A DNA stretch of 64,000 nt from Phoronis australis. Taxonomy: Eukaryota; Animalia; Phoronida. The DNA lies in contig NMRA01000637.1 of NCBI GenBank assembly GCA_002633005.1, forward strand, positions 158,667-222,666. The letters are read 5' to 3'. Below the pieces are notes generated by a model. It saw only the letters and a program-made list of their open reading frames with translations, was not told where the DNA came from and made no database searches. The position numbers were made by a program, and so were the translations under genes. Below are positions 38,001 through 50,260 of the stretch, one piece after another (the first letter of the stretch is position 1; each line of letters opens with the position of its first letter).

Positions 38001-41000
38001 TTTGGCCAAAATATGAGTACAAACTTTAAAGTCAGCACATAATAAACAAAAACATTGAATTAGTCGACACTTCGGTTAAGAATGGCTTAGTGACAATAAA
38101 CCAAAATGTGGACCAATACAAGATCTTTGATCACTAGCAGCTATTCCTAAGAAATTTTTTTGAGCTTGATTAGTGTGCCTACAAAAATTCTGAACACCAA
38201 TTGAGCAAAACATTACAAATACTGAATGGTGATATCTCGTGGGGTTGTAAGAATTAGTGACTCAATAAAGGATTTGAAATTCTATGATTCAGGAAGGTAT
38301 ACCCTGAGATATGATCCTTAATCATATCAAATGCCTTTCAGTAGTCAAGAAGGAAGATTCCAGCCCAGCTTCATACCATGGAGATTAAGTTTTCTGTATA
38401 TCCATGAGGAGAACTTAAAACAAATTCACTTACACATGCACACTACAATTTGAACAAAACCCGAGCCATGTTACCTGGTTGTATTTAGCATTGTACCTTT
38501 GTATGACCGTCTGTAACTGAGAGTTGGAGTACATACTCAGTACATCAATGATAGCCTTCTCATCAGTACCTGTAATACACAACACTCAGTGGTGAGTCTC
38601 CAAGCACAGTATATCCCTAGCTACTAAATCTCCAAAATTCAACAATACATTCTATAGAGTCATACACACACAGTGCAAATATCTATATATACACATAAAC
38701 TGCCAGAATCATGATTATCATGTGCAAAGTATTTAGAGAAAGTATGCGTGACAAATGAAAGGGAAATCAAGTAAAAATTAAATCATTCTGGCGTATGAAG
38801 TAGAATAAGAGTTGCCATTGTTGGCATTACACAGGTACATCTATGGCATTACACAGGTACATCTATGGCATTACACAGGTACATCTATGGCATTACACAG
38901 GTACAATCTATGGCATTAAACAGGTACATCTATGAGCAAGTGGGTTAGACAATGATACTTGAACTTGTAAACAGTCCACACAAATCTGTTACTATCAAAC
39001 TGTTATACTGTGCACTGAAGTGTAATGTGTTACTAGTGTTTGGTCAATTCTGTCAGAGAACTAGTGACACGTTTCTGCTTAGGTGGCTGGAATAGATTTA
39101 TTTTGCCAAATTTTAAATGTAAATCTCCAAACTCAGAAACATCATAATCAGCTGTAAAGCCTTCCAGCTAGTTTTCCTCACAACACAAAATTCAAACTTA
39201 ACTGGAATTAGAAAATTCACTTACGTGTTCAAAAGTCTATACTGTCACTACTGTGGGGGGTTTGTGTTAAGTCTTGAAATAAATGCATGAAAATGGTACC
39301 CAAAATCCAAATTGCACAAATTTGCTAAAGAAACAGGTTGCATAGGTTTTCAATCTCAATGCAAGTATGCCAAACTCATCATGGCAACATTAAAACTTAT
39401 GCAATAAATAGTCAAAACAGGTTGTTGTAGAGAACATTGCCACTTAAGTTTTGATTTGGAACAGTTTTTCGCAAGCTCAGGAAATACTGAAGAAAAAATT
39501 GTTTTAGAATCTTGAAGGAATGTTTGTACAGGTGTGTTGTGTCCCAAACCAATTGAAAATCCCAGTACATCTTTAGTGGTCCCTATTATCAGGTCTTGAA
39601 AATGTTCTTGTCAGACATCTGCAGGATTAATAACATCAGTTTGTTAATTGAACAAATAAGTGTCAGAGCACAGGCTGCTACTGCCATAGGTCCAGAGCAA
39701 TGCTGCCATAGGTCCAGAGCAATACTGCCATAGGTCCAGAGCAATACTGCCATAGGTCCAGAGCAATGCTGCCATAGGCCCAAAGCAATACTACCACACT
39801 GGTCCAGAGCAATACTGTCATGGGCCAAGAGCAACGCTGCCATAGGCCCAGAGCAATACTGCCACACTGGTCCAGAGCAATACTGCCATGGGCCCAGAGC
39901 AATGCTGCCATAGGCCCACAGCAACGCTGGCATAGGTCCAGAGCAATACTGCCACAGGTCCACAGCAGTCTGGCCAGGAATTTTAATGAAACAAATAAAT
40001 GTGTGCTCATGAATATTTTTTCCAGAATGAATCCTAAAAAGTTCAGTGCAACTCAAGTGTGTCCAGATGCAAACGTTTTCCCTAAAAATACTGGGATTAT
40101 TTTTAATGTTAAAAGAATTTATTTAGCTGTTATGATGGGGAAAAGGGTATTTTCTCCGATTACTTTTGTCTTGTACTGTACACAATAAATCGAAAAAAAT
40201 GTATCTTTTCAACTCTGTAATTTTCATGGCAGAGTATATTTGCACACATTGTATAATTGGACAGTGTCCCGGCAGAAAGATTGATTGCACTTTGAAATTG
40301 CCGGCTCCCCAAGAGTAACTTCAATTTTCTTTTTATTGCTCTGTGGTTGAGAAGGCAGAAAGCTATACGACTTGTAGAATTCCCTTCTATTGCATAAAAT
40401 TATCAGTTTCCATGGCGACATATTCTCTATTACTGTCGTCTACCCATTTTATAACTTCAATTCCAATCACTAGTATATTGTACCTAGGCCCTTCGTAGCT
40501 TTGTACAAAATAGTTGCTCCTTTTTCTTCATCAAATTCTTGGGTGGGCCAAATGGTTCCCTAGAATGCAAAAAGCATTAAATAGACACTGGTGACATACA
40601 GACATGCAAATATCAAAATATTGTTGTCTAATTGCTAAAAGTGACAACATGCATATACAGTGTTGATATGTAAACACATGATTTTATTGAGACAGAGCAC
40701 AGAGCGTGCAAAACTTTAGGTGGGTTTTGAGCCCTTGTGCAGTTCCGGGAACACAAAAAACAGTTTTAGTACATCCCAAGTCTGGTCTGTGCAACATTAA
40801 ATCATTATTACTAAATTAGCCATACTTTGAAATCATTACAAATTTGACTGTTTTGACTGCAAACCAGTTGCATCATCATAGCGGACTGCTCAATACATCA
40901 GCAGCAGCCATGCAGCTGCGTTTAGCTGTTATCTGAGCACATGTAAAACTGACATCTACTTACTAATTGCACATAGGTCAGTCAGACAACTAGCAGTATA

Positions 41001-41652
41001 ATTATCATAAATAATTATTCAAATTATGACTACTGATTAACCGTCTGCATACAATTTGACACTTTTGAAGCGGATACACATGACTCATTCGATGTGTGTA
41101 GAAAAAACGGAATGCATAGTACCTTAATTAGGAATTCACCAACAATTACGTGTCTATGAATAGAATTTTTTCACAGGCACTCAAACAATACCATTTTTTG
41201 CATACATAGCTATATCGTGACTAACATCATGTCTGACGGCCAGGACTGTCGAGTGACGACCCGATATCAAGGCGATGATTTGAGGCGTGCGGAAAGCCAT
41301 ATTATGTGGCCGAAATGTAGCAATTCACACCAACTAACTAACCCAATATTATACCAAATGCATGAGAATGAAATTTGTTAAGCCTCGAGATTCCTTGTCA
41401 AACACCACGGCAACACGTCTTGACTCAGTGAATGACCTCGCCGTGTACGGTGTAGGCGGCCAATGCGACCACTGACTCCCGGGAGAGCCGGGGCGAAGAT
41501 TCGTCCATCAAAACTAAGGGAACAGCAAGAAAACATGGGATGGGCGCTAAATCAAGAAGTAGCCAGGGGGTACTGCCACGCAGTCCGAACTGGTCACCTA
41601 TTACCCGACTGAACACACACACACAGCCTACCTTCGTACGGCGGGCAGCCAT
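29033..41652 (-). CDS. Annexin (four annexin repeats, short N-terminus), 9 coding exons, 323 aa
   Basis: GT-AG exons in consistent phase: 41632-41652 (MAARRTK), 40484-40559 (GTIWPTQEFD..KGL), 38475-38569 (GTDEKAIID..), 37705-37818 (LEDLKSDLSG..), 37224-37314 (NAGTDESAMIDILC..), 35715-35863 (LEDDIVSECSG..), 34098-34275 (AGEGQMGTDESAFNKILATRS..), 33160-33272 (YAEQFHDAMAGVSTDE..), 29033-29167 (IDMVDVK..KADTSGDY..*). Total 972 nt = 323 aa + stop. Confidence 0.93.
29853..31481 (+). mobile_element. Kolobok-like DNA transposon, internally deleted, retaining a THAP domain
   Basis: TTAA (29849-52) + AGGAGAATGCCACCC ... GGGTGGCATTCTCCT + TTAA (31482-85): perfect 15-bp TIR with TTAA TSD. Contains a C2CH THAP (CIVSACPN..ISFFRLP..LRKWL..LRVCGRHF..SDF, 30027-30311). 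Confidence 0.85.
30016..30311 (+). pseudogene. THAP zinc-finger domain (transposase N-terminus), frameshifted just after the ATG
   Basis: The ATG CCG at 30016 is out of frame with the THAP motif ORF 30027-30311, and no DDE domain follows. Confidence 0.75.
32005..32106. repeat. 17-bp minisatellite x6 (agccatgatatcagtgt)
   Basis: Direct perfect tandem repeat in annexin intron 8. Confidence 0.95.
35901..36260. repeat. 36-bp minisatellite x10 (tagattgtaa[t/c]attgcattatacagtacaggcactt)
   Basis: Direct tandem repeat in annexin intron 5. It explains the repetitive ORFs 35845-36258 and 35895-36320. Confidence 0.95.
38822..38934. repeat. 22-bp minisatellite x5 (tggcattacacaggtacatcta)
   Basis: Direct tandem repeat in annexin intron 2. 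Confidence 0.9.
39679..39968. repeat. 22-bp minisatellite ~x13 (ctgccataggtccagagcaat[g/a])
   Basis: Degenerate tandem repeat in annexin intron 2. It explains the repetitive ORFs at 39589-40188. Confidence 0.9.
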
Positions 41653-42374
41653 AATTGTTGTCAACAAACCACGCCTCCTGTCGTCAAAGGCGGCTTTCTA
41701 GCGGGACACGGGTCACTGATGACGCGGGTTCAAACTACTGAGAAACACTGGATACAAATACAAGTAAAACGCCTTCATACACAGTCGCCTTACATGCTCC
41801 AGCAGAAGCCAGCTGGTCCAATGATAAGAACCAACCGCAGAGTCCACATAACGCCGCGCTCTCACAGATGACACCGTGAGAGACGTACATTAGACCTAAC
41901 TGAACATGACCCTAATTAAAATTACCACATCAAACTTGCCAGTTTTTAAAAGGTTATAACGAAAAATATTATGGACAATGATTGTAGTTGAACCCAGAAA
42001 GGAGCAGAAAGCATTATATCCAGGTATTTGAATACACGTTTATACATGTATACTAGAGCAACGGCTGCATCAGGACTTTCAGTCATGTACTAGATAAGAA
42101 GTGTAAATATCAAAATGGATACAGATGTAAATTTTAAGATAATGTACATTACTGGAATACATGCTTGTCAGTGGACATTTCAAATCCAAATAAGGCATTG
42201 AAAATGGTTTATAACCGTTATAAACCATCCCCTTAAGTAAAAAGCGACTTTCTTGACAGCCTTTTTTTTTCTCGTCGCCTTGTCCTCATACTTACAGTAA
42301 CTTGAAATCGCTTGCAGAATTCCATTGCCCTAGTGCTTCGGAGATGGAAATTAGCCCCCTTTGACCAGCAAACT

Positions 42375-42520
42375 GTACCAGGCGGCGCAGGACTGAAATA
42401 AGTTGGGGGAGGGGCTATAGCCCCCCCAGCCCCCTACATGTATATGGTGCGCGCCGCCCATGCCTATGGGCTGCGTAGCACTGAAATAGCCAACCAGCCC
42501 CCTATGGTGCGCCACCCATT
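42375..42520. repeat. GC-rich short interspersed/MITE-like repeat
   Basis: caggcggcgcag..ggggggagggctatagcccccccagcccc..tggtgcgcgccgcccatg with a partial internal duplication. Similar GC-rich CAG/GGCGG-starting elements occur at ~22149 and ~24482. Confidence 0.4.
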
Positions 42521-45500
42521 AACAGTTCTGCTCAAGGCGTTTTTGGCACTCGAGGCGCTGGCCTAGTTATATTTCTCTAACACTGCTTTAAATATTGTTG
42601 GCGAACAAATATTCCGCGAGGAGTTACCTGATTTTCGTTAGAATAATATGCTCACATAGTCGCATCTAAAGCTGAATTTCTTCCTGTTTAGCTAGTGCGA
42701 TTGACAGAGGAAATTTTAGCAAATTCTAAACATTATTATAAAACAGAAAAGAAAAGCTGATTTAGTAAACAGTGACAGCGTATTTTGATATTTTGCTATC
42801 GTGAATGCTGCCATCAAATAAAATGTTTCCTTTTTATCGGCACTGTTGTTACATTTGAAGGTAAAATACATTTGGGTAAAAAGACACTGTAACACACCGA
42901 CTCAACCAGTTGGATGTATTGTAGTGAAGAAATTGAAATCGTTTCCTAATTTGAGAAATTACATTCTTTCACCGAGGAGTTTCAAGATAATTGACTAGGG
43001 TAAAACTTTTTAAAAACGTCAACTAAGGTCATGTTGAACTCTAAAATCGGATTCACAGAAGGCTTCAGACTGTATAACCGTAATTCATACACTAATCTCC
43101 AAAACTCCGTTAGAAAACGAGATTCCAGTTTTGCATAAGTGGCTATCAAAAAAAGAACAGGACTTCAATGATTTTTAATGAAAAATAAAATGATAACTTA
43201 GAAATCCATAACGACTTTGTTTTCAGATTTCGTTTTGAATGTTAATGAAATTTTAATCAAATGAAATTCGGTGATGCTAGTGATGCCTTATTCGTTCTGA
43301 ATATTTTTTCTTGTTTGCTTAGCTTTAGTAAAAAAAAAAAAATCTACAGGCTTTCCACTTTCAGAAAACATACTTTTACTGAGTATAATCTTTGTTTTTG
43401 TGACTAAGTCTGTCACTTGTAATGTAAAGTGATACAAAATTAGAATTTTGCCAATCCTTTCAAAACCGAAACAGCTTTGGCATTCTTTTTTTTAGTTTCA
43501 ATACCTTTTCTTTTTTTAGTTTCAATACCCTGAATGAGTACTTGATATGAAAATCGTTTCCTTTCAGGAAATGGAAGTTTGCGTCACGATTTGCGTGACT
43601 GAGCAGTCCAGTTTGTAGTTTGCCTTTTAGCCAGATGACGATGCCTGACGTTTAATGAACACGTGTTTTACGTAACAAAACATGGGTAACATAGATTTCT
43701 TCACATGCTTCGCGTTTTACAAAAGACAGTCGACATCGCAACCATTGACGAGAAAATCGTCAGTCACCAGTCAGATCTGAAGAACTGGGTCGTTTTGCTG
43801 TCCGATCGAAGAACGCTTACATAATGGTGTCTTTTACAACGACCTACCAAGATGCCAGACTCAGTTTTGTCACTTTATATTCATGTATTTTTAAACTGAA
43901 ATAGTTGCGTTTATAAACATTGACAGGTATACAGCCCAAACTCACTGAAAAGAGCTATTTATATCTAATCTGTGATTCATTTCTTTATATGGGCACAGGG
44001 CACACCCCCCTGCTTTCGTCACCAGGACTCTAAGCCCATATAAGGTAATCAAGTATCCGCCCACTACCGGTTATCCCGATCTTCCCATTTAATAAACACT
44101 TCCCTGTGTGATGTTTCGGGAAAAAAGTGACAACACTAGTCGCGTCAAGGGAAAATCTTTAGCACACTTCATGAGCTCTGAATCCTTAATCATCAGAGGA
44201 ATTCACTAGTCAGGAATCAGAAGCATTGACAGTCATGTGACCCGGTTTCTGCAAGGAAACTGATTTAAATATCTATAGACCCCGTCATACAGGGCACGAG
44301 GTGAACCTTCATTATTTGTATACACCCCCGTACGGCTATTAAGTCATTCAGCGATAATACCTGTATACACCTCTACGCAGTGTGACGAAGAAAGGTCCCA
44401 ACATTACGAGTCCCCCAAGTCTTTCAACAGAAGTTGGCCTTTGATCTTATACTGGCCAACACTAGACAAGTACGACTGATCACATACGCAGGTAAGTCAG
44501 AAGCGGACGATCACTTTCTTCCTTTTTGTTGTCTTTTCTCATGAGAGGGCATCCTTGTTCAGGTATGATATTCACTCGGGTGACTAAATGGGTTAACCCC
44601 ACTGGTGGAATCGTTTGTGTTACGGAGACGCCGACACTCTGCGCCCTGATGGCATATCAAAATCGGGAAGTTTCCCGAGGAGGCTTTATAGGACGCTGAA
44701 GTGTTGTTGTGTGTACTAATTTCCAGGCCATTTATTTTGATAGCCACGGCATATTTATTATTATTATTAATATGTCTCGGTAGAAACTCATAAACGATAG
44801 GTATTAACTTAAAGGGTATTGGTCGCAGAGGAAATTGTGTAACCTCATTGGCGACGCTACCCCCTGATGCGTATAGAATTAATATACTCCCGCATTTAAC
44901 CATTGTACTATAGCGAAGTTATTTATATGATATGCGGACAAGTGAGGTCTCGCACTCGCGTGTATCAGCAACAAATGCAGTTAGAGAACCGACTGGGAGA
45001 CAGGTAAATCATTTCCATCCTCGTTATCGCGTGCTTAATTTCTGCAGCATGAACGGAATTTATAATCGGGAAATCGGACTTTGGAGCTGTAAGAGGATAA
45101 AGAGAGTATGTTTAATATTTACTTTTGGTAGAAATGATCATGACTTTGCTCACCTTATTTAACTGATGCTGAAACTAAAACTGATCACAACGGGAATTTT
45201 GTTATTTCTCGGACCTAGGAGACGCGGGGTTCCATACACAAAATCATACAAGTATTGACAGAGTGTACACACGTATGTCTATTGTGGTTGAACGTGGGAT
45301 TCTAGTTTGGATCGTCCTCATCCATTATTCGTTGGTTCATTCAAGAGGGGGTCAGTGTGGTGAATGCGCCCTGGGTGTAGTAATAATTATAAAGACCTGT
45401 GCTAATCACTCGCCTACGGGCAAAAGTTTTTTGGTCGTCTGGTGAGGATGCCTGGCGACCTACCGGATTCAAAACTTGGAATAAGTGATTTTCACTTCAA

Positions 45501-46949
45501 CGTCAACACAATACATTACTCCACTGGTTGGTATCGCTGGGTATTCGTTACTGCAACACTGTAACAGTCATCTGTCTGGCATGTTTACTATTGAAAAACT
45601 TGTGGTGAAAGTCATTGGGACTCACACCGACGATTGATTCATTCTATATTATAAGACATAATAATCGCTCAAGCCAATGTTGCTTGACCATTGTGTTTGA
45701 GGATTGAGTTGATAATACCCCATTCATAGACTGTTTATTTCCAACAACGTTCCTGATCACTACCCCTATTGTTCTGTGAACACCTGTTGTTTAGAAACAC
45801 AGCTCAACTGGTGCCTGGTGTTTTGGTGTTGTTCGTCGTTCTGAATTATGATGAAGGTTTTGTTCATATGTTATGTACCCACGCACGTGCTTACTAATAC
45901 ACGCATATTAAATATTAATAATCCGAATTTTCTGAATAGGTAGTCTTTTTCGAACCTCATCGATAGCGCGCTTCATTGGGTACCATAACAAAAGGGGGTG
46001 AAAGGCTTTTTCATGACCGGTGAAACAGCATTTTTTGCCGGCCGTGAACAGGACACTGTTTTCATATCTGTGGTTTTGTGTATTTAGGCGGTCGAGAACC
46101 GTGAAATGATTCTGTGGACGGGGACAGGGAGAGTATATGGGTAGAGAAAAGGTTCAAAATAGACACTGTCGAACGAAGTTAGTTTTCAAACAGGCGGGTT
46201 ATTTGGTTCAACTTTGGCAAACAGACATGTTATTTGGCTAAATTTCGACAAACAGGCAGGTTGTTTAGCGAACGAACAAGTTAGCGGTGCAGAACAGACA
46301 GGTTACCTGTCAAACGAACATTTCAGTTCTAGCAAACAGACAGGTTAGTCGTCGAATGAAATTGTTGGTACTCAGGTGGAGATCGATAATGGAGATCTTT
46401 TTGGGGTGGGGACCTTCCAAGTGTTGACCAGCTCTCTAAACACTGTAAAACTGTGGTTTTCACGGCGAGGAAAATTGTGAGATATGGTTGTTGTATTCAA
46501 CACATTCTAAGAGTTCCCTCCTTAGAAGTAAACAGGGAAATGGCAATGGCTGGCTTGTGTTCTGAAGTTTGTGTGCGAAACACTTTTCATACAGCTGTCC
46601 AACCGGGTCTGGTGTGCTCTCAACACTTCTGTGGTAAGCGATGTACTTACAGTACGCAGCCAATTAGTTGATTGGATGACGACATGGCTAAGAAAGAAGC
46701 AAGTGCACTCAACACCTCACTGACCAGCGCTCTAGGAGTCTATTACCGATTGTTACGGAAAACCATATAATCACAGAGTGCCTGGCGTGCGCAGCTTTTC
46801 AGTCGGGACGAAGTGGAAAGCAAAATATTGTTCTGCTCTGTTTATCTATAATTATATTACAAAAACACCAGCGAGACAGTATAAAGCAAACACAAACGGA
46901 CCGATCCGTGAAGCCTGTCGAACCTAACCGACATATATAGGCAAAGCAA

Positions 46950-48430
46950 TTCAACATACGACAATAGGCCTCGTACATAGAGGAAACAGTTCAATATAAC
47001 TGTCATCGTTCACACGAGCACAATAGATACAATTGTTTGAGACAACTCCAGCATCTCCCATCTCGCTTTGACAGAAAACATTTGAATCTGGTGCTTTCTT
47101 GTTCTTTGTTGTCCAGGTCGACTGCATAAAGACCCAAGCGTCACAGTAGCTTATCCCCTCCAGGAACATTCAATCCCTGATACAGAAGAGTGGCCCATTG
47201 CCCCAATGAGATACTGTCGCTCTGTACTTGGACATGAAACACGGCTTGTGTACAAAATATTTTAACTTGTAACTAAACAGGCAAAATTAAAATGTCGTGT
47301 GCAATGTTAGGCTGAAATTCAGATACGGAAAGGGGTTACGTAAATGGGAAATACCCCGTTTTCTGCGTGAAAACACGTCGAGGTTGCCGCGCTTCGTCAC
47401 GTCGATCCCGCCATGATCATGTTCGACTTGGGCCCCCTAAAGACCAAAGCCAGACCTTGTTGGCTCTTTGTAAAAAAAATTTCCTGGGAAAATTTGGTGC
47501 TTCGTCGTTTTTTACTTTGTTCCTCCACACGGGATTTTTATCACGACTAGACACAATATCAACAAAAACCCTGGCGGTTATCCACTTGGTTGCAATATGC
47601 GGCAAGTAGGCCTGCATATAGAGCGACAGTTCGCTGACCTGTGATGGCTGGATGACAAATTCGGAAACTTCAGTTGTCAATAGCTCAGCGAGAGCACTGA
47701 TGTTTCCCTCTGTGGGAACCTCCTTGACCGGTGTAACAAAGAAGATAATATACTTCTTGACCCGGGGTGACGTCTTGCCATGACCCGTTGTTGATTTCAT
47801 GACAGCGGTGCACCCCCATCGATTGCCAATACGTCCGGTTAATTAACGCTGGGACATAAACACCAGATAAAGTTTATCCCTATTCAACTTTAGTGCGTCG
47901 AACAGGTGTTTCAGGCCCTAGCTATTGATCTTGATCGGTTGTCTTTCCGTCACTGCTGTCAGGCAGTGTTTACGCTCTGCAGGAGACCAGCTGAGACGGC
48001 CTGACACACACCAGAAAAGTCGGAGCTACAGTGGGGGAGTGTTTGAAGCAAGGTCTGGTAGGTTAAGTCTACGCTTTCTTCTGAAATTCCTAAAATTGAT
48101 GGCCTCGTTTTTCATTTGGTAGTACCTTCCTGTCATTGTGAAGGGTCGGAGATTACGCAAAATATTTAATTTGATTGGTAAGGCGCTGTTGGAGCACTGT
48201 GTTGTCAAAGTGTGTGACCAATTCCCTGGTATAGAAGTGTTGCCGTTATTGTCGGAGACAGATATTCGCCGACGTCTGCTTGATTTGAGGTGCTTTGGTT
48301 GTGCTTTTTCATATTATGAACGCAGACTGGTTGCATTTCTATCAGTTTTTCGCGTTTGCACTGCCTGGTTGAAGCTCAAAGGCGGTGGTTTCGCTGTGTC
48401 GTTTTCTATCTCAAATTGGACTTGTTGACC
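46950..48430 (-). pseudogene. Decayed P-loop helicase-like (SF1/Schlafen-type) coding relic
   Basis: ORF 47417-47800 has TTGHGKT (Walker A-like), IIFFVTP, KNDEAPNF (cf. DEAQNF) and VWLWSLGGP in the expected order. Downstream frames give SVSGIE and LCTRPIV. Interrupted by stops. Confidence 0.4.
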
Positions 48431-49423
48431 AAGGTTCGGGCCTTCCGAAGCGCAGTTATGCTTATGTTTAGATGTTCAAGTTTTATTTTTAACCGAAGCG
48501 CATTACCCTAGCTCATCCGATCTCGGATGAGCCGGCGACTCAAAGTCACATGCATTAGCCATAGACTGCAGCTGATGACTTCAATGTACTTGTTGGTAAC
48601 GAACATCAATGATCTCATCACGGTAAGGATATTATGATTCTGATTTTATGCGACTGTAAGACCTGAATTCGATTTTCGTTTTTAACCAGCCAGTTAAAGT
48701 GGGCGAGATGCAGTTTTGGATTAATTCTTTGAAACTGTTCTAAATAAAGATATCGATAATATTAGTTCGCTCGCGCTTGACATAGCTATTGTTTGAAAAG
48801 CGGACTATTGTGGTTGAAATATCAGTCACGTGGCCATGTTTTGAATAATACATTTGGACCAGCTGTTCTCGCACTCCTGGATCGTAACCATAGCAGCGAC
48901 ACATGTTAACAGTGAGCGGTCTCCGTTGGCATTACTAAAACAATAGAATTAATGGACTTATGACGCAGCGTCATTGCACTATTTTCAAAATTATTTACTG
49001 ATCCCTGACGGTGACGTCACTGCAAATGTTTTCTCATCGTGGGACAGTAGAAGGTTCACCGCTATCCACCGCGGATGTAGATTATATAAAAATATATATA
49101 CCAGAGAAAACACGGACGGAAGTACACATGGCATTGTCACGACTATCTCTGGAGAACTATAGTTTCTTTCAGTAACCAATTTTATGACTGATTCAGCTTG
49201 AACCACACAACTTGTATCTTTAACGAACGAGACAGCGAATTGAAAGAAAAGTTAACTAGGAACATTTCCACTTAGGTCTAATCTGTTTTCATAAGTGCCT
49301 GAAATACGTAATGTCGCGGGATGTTGATGGAAAAATACTCGAGACTCCCAAATTATATCTGGGAAAGGTTGCATGTACTTGCGTGTAGGTCGTTTTGTGT
49401 CATTTGGAAGTCCCTTGCTCAGT

Positions 49424-50260
49424 GTAATGCTTGACCGTCACAACTCTGTGGTAAACCTGCATGCGAAACATCACTGAAAATATTAAGATTCAAAAGCAAG
49501 GTTCTGTTCTCACCGAAACTTCGGTGTAGTGGGAAAGATCAGAGCGATACATCGCCGAAGTTATCGGTAGAGGACGCATCAACGGCACTCGGATCACGCG
49601 CGAGACTAGCAAAGTGTCCTTTGTTTTTTTAGCGTAGAAGACGTGCTCTCAACAGACACACGTAAATAAATAAATAAATAAAATAAAGCATATCTGATGA
49701 AAAATGACACGTAAATGACAGGAGAACAATTTTCAGTTCGCCTCGAATCAACTACTCAACATTCGTTTGATTGGTATCTCAGCGATAACTTATTAGAAAT
49801 CGCTGTCTTGTCGAACAGATAAGCGAAGTTTCGGCGAAGCTNGTAATGCTTGACCGTCACAACTCTGTGGTAAATCTGCATGCGAAACATCACTGAAAAT
49901 AGTAAGATTCAAAAGCAAGGTTCGGTTCTCACCGAAACTTCGGTGTAGTGGGAAAGATCAGAGCGATACATCGCCGAAGTTATCGGTAGAGGACGCATCA
50001 ACGGCACTCGGGTCACGCGCGAGACTAGCAAAGTGTCCTTTGTTTTTTTAGCGTAGAAGACGTGCTCTCAACAGACACACGTAAATAAATAAATAAATAA
50101 AATAAAGCATATCTGATGAAAAATGACACGTAAATGACAGGAGAACAATTTTCAGTTCGCCTCGAATCAACTACTCAACATTCGTTTGATTGGTATCTCA
50201 GCGATAACTTATTAGAAATCGCTGTCTTGTCGAACAGATAAGCGAAGTTTCGGCGAAGCT
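49424..50260. repeat. 418-bp near-identical tandem duplication separated by a single N (probable assembly artefact)
   Basis: 49424-49841 and 49843-50260 differ at only a few positions, with an N at 49842. Confidence 0.85.

Noticed and set aside
39589-40188. Repetitive ORFs (GSIALDLW..) and a CRISPR-like look
   Set aside because: Head-to-tail 22-bp minisatellite with no unique spacers and no cas genes; eukaryotic intron.
49424-50260. 418-bp tandem duplication upstream of PLK (possible duplicated enhancer or LTR pair)
   Set aside because: Near-identical copies joined by a single N at 49842 are typical of a scaffold-gap overlap or haplotype artefact.
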